From positions 64,001 through 111,400 of the IMG/VR virus record IMGVR_UViG_3300023238_000006: a stretch of DNA of 47,400 bases; one strand, 5' to 3'. The notes under the pieces were generated by a model that was given only the letters and a program-made list of their open reading frames with translations, was not told where the DNA came from and did not search any database. The position numbers and the translations under genes were made by a program. Positions 39,319 to 47,105 of the stretch are shown piece after piece (the stretch's first letter is position 1; every line of letters begins with the position of its first letter). This DNA is from a virus. Lineage: Duplodnaviria; Heunggongvirae; Uroviricota; Caudoviricetes.

Positions 39319-39566
39319 TACTTAATCCCTATCTGAGTTGCCGTAGCAGTTAATATAATAAGCATAAATGCTCCCATTACTTTCCACATAACACCAACCT
39401 TAGTTTTAATACTCTCTGTGATTACAGGTATACTGATCTGAATAGATGTTAGATCATCTCTAACAGTCTTAAGGTCATCTTTGATATCCTTAATCTCCCT
39501 ATCCTGAGTTGTAAGTCTAAATGTGAAGAACTCTTTCAGTTGGTCCAAATTAGTTTCCTGTGGCAT
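39318..39566 (-). CDS. Small coiled-coil protein with a C-terminal TM helix (holin/XhlA-like candidate)
   Basis: Heptad pattern, then VMWKVMGAFMLIILTATAT; directly upstream of the endolysin. Confidence 0.55.
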   Translation of the reverse strand: MPQETNLDQLKEFFTFRLTTQDREIKDIKDDLKTVRDDLTSIQISIPVITESIKTKVGVMWKVMGAFMLIILTATATQIGIK

Positions 39567-40332
39567 AGCTATCCTTATTGTTAATGTAGAAATCTACCAA
39601 ACTCTCAGGCATAGTATCATTCTCGTATAAGTACTTGCGGAAGTAATCCTTCAAAGCACTATCGTCTCCTACTGCATCCATCTCTAACATAGTAAATATA
39701 TTATCTGTGATATCTCTACCCACACCTACAGTACCAACTATCTTACCAGTGATGTCTTCTCTGATAACATTCTTAAACACCTCTAACACTAGAGGCTTAC
39801 CACCACTCATACCATACTCTATAAATCTCTGTCTATGACCGTTGTCAATAACTATATCATCACTGCCGGTACAGTAACTACCAAAGTTATGACTATCTTT
39901 ACCAAACATCCCTACAGCACAAGACCCTATATCATTATCATCTCTACCAATAGGATCGCCACAGAATAACAGTCCATCCTTGATAGCCTTATTAGCATAC
40001 CCATACTTACCATCAGCCCACTTCATCCACACCATATCAGGCATTACATCTCCTAACCCTTCTAATGACATATGGTAGAACTTAGCTAACTTAGCCTGTT
40101 CTTCCGCATAAACCTTATAGTCTTTGACTATATCACCAAAGCCCTCTCTAAAAGACATCTTCTCTAGAGAAACCTCTAACCTATCCACCTTTTCAAGGGC
40201 ATCATTAAGTGACTTAGCCATCTCGCAGAATGTATCTTCAAATAGTAAATTAACTCTTAACCACTTAGCAGCCCTACGTGCTGCACATGTTATAGCAGTT
40301 ATCCCACTACAACCTTTTATAACTTCTATCAC
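39550..40332 (-). CDS. Stand-alone PAS/PAC-domain protein
   Basis: LGDVMPDMVWMKWADGKYGYANKA...VLEVFKNVIRED..GKIVGTVGVGRDIT is a PAS_4/PAC signature; no kinase or cyclase output domain seen. Confidence 0.8.
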   Translation of the reverse strand: MIEVIKGCSGITAITCAARRAAKWLRVNLLFEDTFCEMAKSLNDALEKVDRLEVSLEKMSFREGFGDIVKDYKVYAEEQAKLAKFYHMSLEGLGDVMPDMVWMKWADGKYGYANKAIKDGLLFCGDPIGRDDNDIGSCAVGMFGKDSHNFGSYCTGSDDIVIDNGHRQRFIEYGMSGGKPLVLEVFKNVIREDITGKIVGTVGVGRDITDNIFTMLEMDAVGDDSALKDYFRKYLYENDTMPESLVDFYINNKDSYATGN

Positions 40333-40577
40333 CTACATACCTTAGCTGCACGCTTAAGGTTTACAACACAAGTAGCTAACCCTAGCACAACTTGACCATC
40401 ACTACCGCCAGCAATAACATTGCACTTAACATCTTGAACTACACAAGGTACTTCTACCTTTACTTCAAAAGGTCTGTCTACATACACTCTAGTATCTGCT
40501 AGGCTACACCCACTAAATACCATCAAAATCAGTAATCCTAACAGCATCAATAACTTTCTTAGTTGTCTCACAATCAT
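40329..40577 (-). CDS. o-spanin (Rz1-like lipoprotein)
   Basis: Hydrophobic signal with lipobox VFSGC and several C-terminal Cys; overlaps the i-spanin gene. Confidence 0.75.
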   Translation of the reverse strand: MIVRQLRKLLMLLGLLILMVFSGCSLADTRVYVDRPFEVKVEVPCVVQDVKCNVIAGGSDGQVVLGLATCVVNLKRAAKVCR

Positions 40578-40887
40578 CCTTTGTCATATTAATATCTGTA
40601 GCTATATGCTTATACACAGTCTCATATCTAACCTCTACGGGGGTATCTTCCCACTTAGCTAGCTCAGCTCGCTTAGTGGTTAACATTGCTCCTAGGGCAA
40701 CTATACGTGTGTTGTTTGACTTAACTATATTCTCATAAGTACTACTAACCATACGAGACTCTGCTACCTCTAGCTGAGACGATAGTAACGTCTTCTCCAG
40801 TCCAGATATCTCTAAACTAGTAAATAGCTGTAATGAGATAATAGCTGCAGCTAGTGTAGCTATTATATAATCCTTTATACTAAACAT
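40513..40887 (-). CDS. i-spanin (Rz-like)
   Basis: N-terminal TM helix followed by a coiled coil; overlaps the lipoprotein gene. Confidence 0.7.
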   Translation of the reverse strand: MFSIKDYIIATLAAAIISLQLFTSLEISGLEKTLLSSQLEVAESRMVSSTYENIVKSNNTRIVALGAMLTTKRAELAKWEDTPVEVRYETVYKHIATDINMTKDDCETTKKVIDAVRITDFDGI

Positions 40888-40931
40888 GGTATACCTTTAA
40901 ATAATGTAGCGAAGTATATCATAGTTAGCTA

Positions 40932-41132
40932 CTACTTACCTATCTTGATATTATCAAACAGTCTACCAATCAACTCGGTAGTCATTTCCGATCTCAGCAT
41001 CATTAGAAGTGAACTAAGTAGAGCTATATGCCCGCTAGTCTCTATAACACTGTCTGACGACGGTATTAGTATTGTATACACATACACACCTATAAATATG
41101 AAGAATGCTAAAGTTGATTTCCAGTTCTTCAC
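40932..41132 (-). CDS. Holin candidate (2 TM helices, basic C-terminus)
   Basis: MKNWKSTLAFFIFIGVYVYTILI...HIALLSSLLMML; at the head of the lysis cassette. Confidence 0.55.
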   Translation of the reverse strand: MKNWKSTLAFFIFIGVYVYTILIPSSDSVIETSGHIALLSSLLMMLRSEMTTELIGRLFDNIKIGK

Positions 41133-41284
41133 TACCTGTCCTTACTAAAACTTCTAAAGCTTTTACTCACACATGATTGGCATAGCTTGTACTTTACTAT
41201 AAATAATAAGTTAAGCTCTACACACTCTTTGTTCGTTGTACCACAGTTAAAACACTTACCTTCTACTACTTTCATCTTATATCC

Positions 41285-41494
41285 TTATAGTTTAAAGTAT
41301 CTAACCAAGCATGCCAACATAGCTACACTTGATATTAATACCGTGCCAACTATTTTCTTTTTCCATAAGCACTTAATGAAGTTCATAGTATTACATTCAC
41401 TATCATGTATCTTACAACAATCACCTATGTAAACCTTTTCACCTTTCCAGCTATATGAATACTCAAAGTATCCTGTGCAATAATCCTTAGACAT
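41285..41494 (-). CDS. 69-aa Cys-rich protein with a PLA2-like CCxxHDxxC motif
   Basis: MSKDYCTG...GDCCKIHDSEC...hydrophobic C-terminus; ATG 41494 overlaps the upstream stop. Confidence 0.6.
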   Translation of the reverse strand: MSKDYCTGYFEYSYSWKGEKVYIGDCCKIHDSECNTMNFIKCLWKKKIVGTVLISSVAMLACLVRYFKL

Positions 41495-41903
41495 AGGCAG
41501 GGACTCCTCCAAGGTAGTCAGCATCTGTTGGTACTGCCACTAATGTGATTAAATCATAGTTATAAACAATCACTGCCTTGTACCAATCTAATATCTTAGT
41601 AGCTTCTACACCAAATGTAGCATCACCTTCCCATAGCTTAACTGTAGCCATACTATCGTAATCTAGTTCTTTTAGTTTGTCTGCTATTACTTTTAGATAT
41701 AGCTGTTTGAAGTGAGCTATCGTAGCTTCTTGCGTACGCTTATCAAACTCAGCTTTTTGCTCAACTAAAGCCACATCAACAACACTCTGTGTAACTACAG
41801 CCTTATCATCAAGATAAACATAGTCATTCCCTGACATAACAACCTCTCTATTAAGTTGTTTTGTAAGTACATCTACTAATGGTGTTTGTGTTATTTCATT
41901 CAT
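41487..41903 (-). CDS. Tail-fibre assembly chaperone-like protein
   Basis: IADKLKELDYDSMATVKLW...EATKILDWYKAV pattern typical of fibre chaperones; downstream of a fibre gene. Confidence 0.6.
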   Translation of the reverse strand: MNEITQTPLVDVLTKQLNREVVMSGNDYVYLDDKAVVTQSVVDVALVEQKAEFDKRTQEATIAHFKQLYLKVIADKLKELDYDSMATVKLWEGDATFGVEATKILDWYKAVIVYNYDLITLVAVPTDADYLGGVPAYV

Positions 41904-42361
41904 TTGTTTACCTTATATAAAATTTCTGCATTCATTCTAGCATCTACTGCTTCTGAAAACTTAGTAAATCTACCAAGATTTATTCTCTTGCCATCTATAG
42001 ATATTGAAGCTCTCCATCTATTACTTGTAAAAGATACACCTTTACATCCTGATGTATTACTATCAAATAGTTTTCTATTGTGGTTATTTTCAGATGACGT
42101 TACAGCTCTTAGGTTATCAATAGCATTGTTATTTCTATCTCTATCTCGATGGTCTATCTCAAATAATGGAAACTCTTCATTTTCATATAACCAAGCTAGC
42201 CTGTGCGCTCCGTACTCTTTACCATCTATGCCTATAGATACATAGCCATTATTTGACCTACCAGCTACAGAGCCTATCTCGTATCCTCCAGAGTTAGTTA
42301 GTCTTGTAAACTCTCCTGACGCTTTATTGTATGAATACATTTCTTTTAATTTTGCTAACAT
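41900..42361 (-). CDS. HNH homing endonuclease with a C-terminal AP2 DNA-binding domain
   Basis: AHRLAW...EIDHRDRDRNNNAIDNLRAVTSSENNHN; SGCKGVSF...WRASISIDGKRINLGRF. Confidence 0.92.
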   Translation of the reverse strand: MLAKLKEMYSYNKASGEFTRLTNSGGYEIGSVAGRSNNGYVSIGIDGKEYGAHRLAWLYENEEFPLFEIDHRDRDRNNNAIDNLRAVTSSENNHNRKLFDSNTSGCKGVSFTSNRWRASISIDGKRINLGRFTKFSEAVDARMNAEILYKVNK

Positions 42362-43860
42362 TATTGCACCTCTAAATGGTCACACGAAAATCTTGAACCA
42401 ATCAGCCAACTCGAATTCCAAACATAGTTGCCCCAATTCGAGGCACGAGAACCCGCATTGACACCATCACTACGATGCGCGCCCAATAGCACCGCTGTAG
42501 GAGAGTTGGGTGTAGAATAAATCCGACCTCTTTGGTCTGCATTATCAGTCCAAGCGAAAGCAGTAGTTCCATAACCATTCATCAAGTCTTTACCCCAAAC
42601 CCATTGAACACCCGAAGCTTGTTCTATACCAAACTTAGAAGTAAGGTTCGAGTAGTGCTCTACTTTTCCAGCAACCGTTTCATAACCATTTGTTGAAGAA
42701 GATTTACCCTCATTCACACCATAAGCAATAGTTGGAAATTCAGCATAATCAATAAGTTCTTTAGAGTGTGACTTTGCAATTTCACAAAGTTGAAACCAAG
42801 TTAATTTCCCATAAGTAAGAGTTCCATTTCCACCATAAGCTAAAGGTATTTTAGGAATAGCACGACCATAAGATGTTGCACCAGCTGCAATAGTTGCACC
42901 TGCCTTAGACGTTCCATTTGTAATGTGTTCAGAGTTAAGTAAGTAAATGTCATACCACTTAGAACCAATAAATACCATTCCCTCAGGCTCACAAACAGGT
43001 CTAAACCACTTAGTCCAAATAGAGTAAGCGTTTATACCTCGTATAAGAACCATATCCGCTTCTGTTTTGTTACCAGTTGGAGCTTCTGCTTCTGCTGTTA
43101 AACCATAATGAAAACCACCAATAGTATTCGCATCTTTAACAGTTTGAATAGCTGTCTTAGAGAAATAATAATCAGTTCCCGCAGTAGGAGTTACTAAGCT
43201 CATTAAAGTACCATCAACTGTAATAGAAGATGGACTTGTTTTTGTTGGTCTTAGGATACTGCTAGATTTGTTAGCCAAAACAAAAGCAGTAGTAGCACCT
43301 TTAGTACTATTATCGCCTAGTGCTGGAGTAGGCATTACTGGGCTTGAAGAGAAAGTCTTTACACCTGCTATTGTTTGAGTTGTTGTTAGGTTAACGAAAG
43401 CACTGTCTGTCTCAGTCTTAGTATAAGTAGTGCTCTGAGGCGCTTTTAGTGCAATATCAGCATCTTGTGCTGTATCTATAGCCAACTGTACTGCTGTAGT
43501 ATTATGATCTGCACTGCTAAATACTCCATTAGCCACTATCTCAACTATATCACCACTTGTAGCACCAACTGTTAATACTACATTAACTCCATCAGTACTT
43601 GCGAAGTTAACACCATTAACTAGCTTATATCCATTATGATGTACTACTAGTAATCCTGGTGAGTAGCTAAGAACCTTACCTAGTCTATCTGCACCTGTAA
43701 ATGTAGTCTGACTTGCTGTAGCTACATATGAGTACTCGTTCTGTATAGTACCTACACTGGACTTGAGTATCTCCCAACCTACTGCTGCTCTATACTGATA
43801 TGTTATCTCGTTTGCTATATGTGTATCACCGTCTGTTGGTGATGCTGGGAATGTAAACAT
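42361..43860 (-). CDS. Tail fibre 2 with a C-terminal CLec/FGE-type (DGR-target-like) domain
   Basis: N-terminal fibre anchor; QTIAGVKTFSSSP...ATTAFV fibre repeat; PEGMVFIG...WYDIYLL; ends LLGAHRSDGVNAGSRASNWGNYVWNSSWLIGSRFSCDH. Confidence 0.8.
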   Translation of the reverse strand: MFTFPASPTDGDTHIANEITYQYRAAVGWEILKSSVGTIQNEYSYVATASQTTFTGADRLGKVLSYSPGLLVVHHNGYKLVNGVNFASTDGVNVVLTVGATSGDIVEIVANGVFSSADHNTTAVQLAIDTAQDADIALKAPQSTTYTKTETDSAFVNLTTTQTIAGVKTFSSSPVMPTPALGDNSTKGATTAFVLANKSSSILRPTKTSPSSITVDGTLMSLVTPTAGTDYYFSKTAIQTVKDANTIGGFHYGLTAEAEAPTGNKTEADMVLIRGINAYSIWTKWFRPVCEPEGMVFIGSKWYDIYLLNSEHITNGTSKAGATIAAGATSYGRAIPKIPLAYGGNGTLTYGKLTWFQLCEIAKSHSKELIDYAEFPTIAYGVNEGKSSSTNGYETVAGKVEHYSNLTSKFGIEQASGVQWVWGKDLMNGYGTTAFAWTDNADQRGRIYSTPNSPTAVLLGAHRSDGVNAGSRASNWGNYVWNSSWLIGSRFSCDHLEVQ

Positions 43861-44327
43861 TAGTTAGTTCCTATTGATTTAGTTGTTGCATATACTTGCA
43901 GCGAGGTTGCGTGTGCCTGCTTTAGTTCATCTAGCGTTACTACTACTTCACTCTTATCAGCTAATCTCCAAGTAGTGCTTACTACCCCAAGGTACTCACT
44001 CGCTAGTATGCTGTCAGCCATGTTCTGTCTAGACTCTAGGTTTGCATCAAACACTAATGTAGTTAGGTCAGCTCTTGTAACTACTACTGTTAGCTTTGTG
44101 AGTTTATCCACTATAGCAACTTTACTTTCAGCAGCCATTTGCTTAACCATCATGCTTCTAGCTACCTCAACACTAGTGTTGAAGCTACCTTCATTATACG
44201 TGTACAGTAACTCTCCATCTTCCTTAGTACTGCTTACTACGTTATAGCAGATAGTGACTACACCCCCTTTTACCACTTCACTTAGGGGCAACTCATGTGA
44301 TTGCACACCGTACTTGTATTCTACCAT
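43860..44327 (-). CDS. DUF4376-like tail-fibre assembly protein
   Basis: VFDANLESRQNM...TTWRLADKSEVVVTLDELKQA. Confidence 0.7.
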   Translation of the reverse strand: MVEYKYGVQSHELPLSEVVKGGVVTICYNVVSSTKEDGELLYTYNEGSFNTSVEVARSMMVKQMAAESKVAIVDKLTKLTVVVTRADLTTLVFDANLESRQNMADSILASEYLGVVSTTWRLADKSEVVVTLDELKQAHATSLQVYATTKSIGTN

Positions 44328-45319
44328 TGGTAACTCCTTAATTTATTTTTATCACTTATACTTAATGTAGCTCTGGTAATAACATCCAACCATAGCCCTC
44401 TAGCCTCTACTGCCTTCATCCATCCAAAGTAACTAGCTGCTGACTGTATGCCACGTGTAGCAGCTAGTGCCTTGAACATACTAACCTTAATGCTTTTACG
44501 AATTCTAACATATTTCTTTGTAAATACAAACCCTACAAAGTCAATACCTCTCTTAGTTATATCAAACACTTGGTAGTCTTTCTTTACAACTAGTGATATA
44601 CTTCCGAGGTAGCTCCGTACTTCGCTAAGCACTGCATGTAGATGCTGTTTACCCTTATGAATAAACACGATATCATCACAATACCTAAAGTAGTGGTTAA
44701 TCTTATACTTCTCTTTCATTAAATGGTCTAGCTCACTAAGCGCTAAGTTGCCTAGATACTGGCTGATGTAGTTACCTATTGGCAGCCCATCAATACTTTC
44801 TATTATAGTATCTAGCAACCATAAGGTATCTTTGCATTTAATCTTCTTCCTAACTACTACTTTAAGTACATCATTCTTTATAGATGGATAAAACTTCTGT
44901 ACATCTAACTTCAGGCAGTACCTAGACTCTGGATCCATTACTGCGCTATGTACCCTGTCTTTTGCCCTATGTACCCCTCTGCCTTTGATACTTTGAAATG
45001 TATCAGCTATTAAAGTCCTCTTCCAGATTGGCTCCAATACTTGCATTATAGCATGATGGATTATTCTATCAGGGAAATAAGGCAACTTGTAAATAACTCT
45101 TATTTTACCTTTATCATTCTTCTCAAATACATCGTACCCACCATTAACAAATGTCTTCTTCTCAAGCATAGCCTGTATCATGCCACAGTACTTGTCCAGA
45201 TCATCATCAACCATTTTAACTTCTGTGTAGTGTGCTTTGCCCTTTCTAGCATTCTTGTGTGCTAGCTTTATATTATCTATATCGTGTATCTTTTCGAAGA
45301 GGTATCCATACCGTTTCAT
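44321..45319 (-). CDS. DGR reverse transcriptase
   Basis: PYFPDRIIHHA, KLDVQKFYPSI, GLPIGNYISQYLGN (DGR-type SQ), YFRYCDD, GIDFVGF; 332 aa with no maturase or endonuclease domain. Confidence 0.95.
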   Translation of the reverse strand: MKRYGYLFEKIHDIDNIKLAHKNARKGKAHYTEVKMVDDDLDKYCGMIQAMLEKKTFVNGGYDVFEKNDKGKIRVIYKLPYFPDRIIHHAIMQVLEPIWKRTLIADTFQSIKGRGVHRAKDRVHSAVMDPESRYCLKLDVQKFYPSIKNDVLKVVVRKKIKCKDTLWLLDTIIESIDGLPIGNYISQYLGNLALSELDHLMKEKYKINHYFRYCDDIVFIHKGKQHLHAVLSEVRSYLGSISLVVKKDYQVFDITKRGIDFVGFVFTKKYVRIRKSIKVSMFKALAATRGIQSAASYFGWMKAVEARGLWLDVITRATLSISDKNKLRSYQW

Positions 45320-45429
45320 ATCTTGTTCCTTTGAGCGTTCGAGAATTAACCTACCAGCACAATTTTGTTACATTATTTTTCACAACTGTTGGTGTGGGCA
45401 AGAAACTCGCTATTTGTTTCTTCAAGATT

Positions 45430-45525
45430 TCTGGAGCTGACATTCACATTAGATAAAGCTGAATCATTATTCACATTCAGATTCAGTGGTCTAGTATTCA
45501 AACCATTATTCGAATTACTACCTAC
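45430..45525 (-). ncRNA. DGR template repeat (TR), 96-nt core
   Basis: AAT-rich (reads VGSNSNNGLNTRPLNLNVNNDSALSNVNVSSR). Aligns without gaps to 45613-45708 with 24 mismatches at A and 1 at a non-A base. Confidence 0.93.
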
Positions 45526-45561
45526 CAGAGTATGCTCTTCTCGCCCAAGTACTTTATTTAG

Positions 45562-45579
45562 CCTCGTGAACCTACGAGG
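45562..45579 (-). promoter_or_regulatory. DGR target-recognition-type hairpin downstream of VR
   Basis: CCTCGT-(6 nt)-ACGAGG stem about 20 nt after the target stop codon. Confidence 0.7.
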
Positions 45580-45600
45580 TGTAAATTGCTAATTATACCG

Positions 45601-47079
45601 TCAACAAGAAGGTCCGGAGCCGACAGCCACAGTAGATACAGCCGAATCACTACCCACAGCCAGACTCAGCGGCCCAGCACCCAAACCAGTAGCCGAAGTA
45701 CCACCCACCACAGCAATTCTATTACCAACTGCTTGATAGTAATAATCCGTAGTACCTACAGCACTTGTACCTCCTGTTACATCAGTAGGAAAGAATCCCT
45801 TACTACTATTAGATAACTTTCTAGTATACCCATTAGCTGCGCCCATTGTTACACCAGCACTTACGTAATCACCTGTAAACACATCACTAGCAAATGTTGC
45901 CGGATTCTGACTAACAAATGGTACACGCTCCTGTATATTAATTCCATCAATAAACCCCCATATATTCCCAAAGAAGTTTTCACACCCTCTGTAGCTCATA
46001 AATGACAAGTCAGCGGATGCAGTATCAGCACTGCCAGCATATGTATAATTACCAGTCTTGTTTCCTAAGTTATTACTAAGTCCATTGATACCAATTAAAC
46101 TGCCACCTACCCACGCACCTCCAGTCAATGCAGTTCTGCCTTGCCCAAGTGCACTTTGTATATTCATCGTACCATACTCTATTATACATAACAACGTAAG
46201 CGCCTCATACAGCAGCCAATCTATCTGGTGCCATCCAGTGCCATTAGCCGCAGCTTCTGTCCTACCAGTAGCTATGGTAAATGACACACTAGGGTAAGTT
46301 CCACTTACACTCAGGAGCTTACCACCAGACCTAGTACCTTTGTATGCTGGGAAGTACCTAAAGTCTTTCTCTACTCCACCAATTACAAATGCAGGGTCAA
46401 GTATATACCCAGTCTCTGCTGTCAAACTAATACTATGCTCATGCACAACTCCAACAGCAGTATTATAGCTATACTTTCTGTAGAACTTTGGTATCTCTAC
46501 CATTACATTACCATCAGCACCTGTCAGTATAGAGGGTGTACCATCAGCCTTCTTGGTTGAATCAAGTGGGTCTAAGTAGTAGTTTACACTTCTATCAGCG
46601 TTTAGTACACATCTACGTATAAGTGATTGAATTGCAGTATACCCACCAGTGCCAGTTCTCTTATAGGTATCATTAGTTTCATCCCAGTTTAACCCATATG
46701 AGCCAGTATAAAAATCGCTACCTAGTTTTATAGCTGTGTTAACGTAAGTCTCTGATGCCAGCCCAAGTACGGCAGCAGCTACATTACTATCACTCTCTGT
46801 CTTAGTATAAGTAGTACTCTGGGTAGCCTTCAAAGCTAAAGCAGTATCCACTTCACCCTCACTATACATCTTCTTAGTAGTAGTACCAGCAGTTGGTACT
46901 TCTGCGTACACTCCACCAGTTACTACCATCTCTCTAGACGTATCAGTGTTTAACCACTTATCACCATCAAATAGCTTAGTAATGTCTGGCTTGTTAGCCT
47001 CAGTAGTTATTAAGTACTGTCCTTTTGTCTTAGCTATCTTCTCTGCTTTTAACGCTGCACCTAGTGAAATTATATCCAT
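45601..47079 (-). CDS. Tail fibre 1 / receptor-binding protein, DGR target (CLec fold)
   Basis: GNVMVEIPKFY...GWHQIDW...IIEYGTMNIQ...SYRGCENFFGNIWGFIDG; the VR occupies its C-terminus. Confidence 0.88.
   Translation of the reverse strand: MDIISLGAALKAEKIAKTKGQYLITTEANKPDITKLFDGDKWLNTDTSREMVVTGGVYAEVPTAGTTTKKMYSEGEVDTALALKATQSTTYTKTESDSNVAAAVLGLASETYVNTAIKLGSDFYTGSYGLNWDETNDTYKRTGTGGYTAIQSLIRRCVLNADRSVNYYLDPLDSTKKADGTPSILTGADGNVMVEIPKFYRKYSYNTAVGVVHEHSISLTAETGYILDPAFVIGGVEKDFRYFPAYKGTRSGGKLLSVSGTYPSVSFTIATGRTEAAANGTGWHQIDWLLYEALTLLCIIEYGTMNIQSALGQGRTALTGGAWVGGSLIGINGLSNNLGNKTGNYTYAGSADTASADLSFMSYRGCENFFGNIWGFIDGINIQERVPFVSQNPATFASDVFTGDYVSAGVTMGAANGYTRKLSNSSKGFFPTDVTGGTSAVGTTDYYYQAVGNRIAVVGGTSATGLGAGPLSLAVGSDSAVSTVAVGSGPSC
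45613..45708 (-). repeat. DGR variable repeat (VR) at the 3' end of tail fibre 1
   Basis: A-to-N derivative of TR 45430-45525. Confidence 0.93.
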
Positions 47080-47105
47080 ATTAGTATTCCTTATTATATA
47101 TCATA

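Larger units (their letters stand above)
44321..45708 (-). mobile_element. Diversity-generating retroelement (VR - hairpin - TR - RT)
   Basis: RT adjacent to a TR/VR pair that differs almost only at TR adenines. Confidence 0.93.

Noticed and set aside
42370-42500. Second target of the local TR
   Set aside because: Codon-by-codon comparison shows many non-A mismatches (e.g. gta/ttg, tcg/cgt, ttg/gtc, ctg/cgt).
43860-44327. Avd candidate next to RT
   Set aside because: Sequence matches a DUF4376-like fibre chaperone and lacks the basic four-helix Avd pattern.
44321-45319. Group II intron, retron or Abi-type RT
   Set aside because: Short RT with the DGR-type SQ motif, no maturase or endonuclease domain, and an adjacent TR/VR pair with A-specific mismatches.
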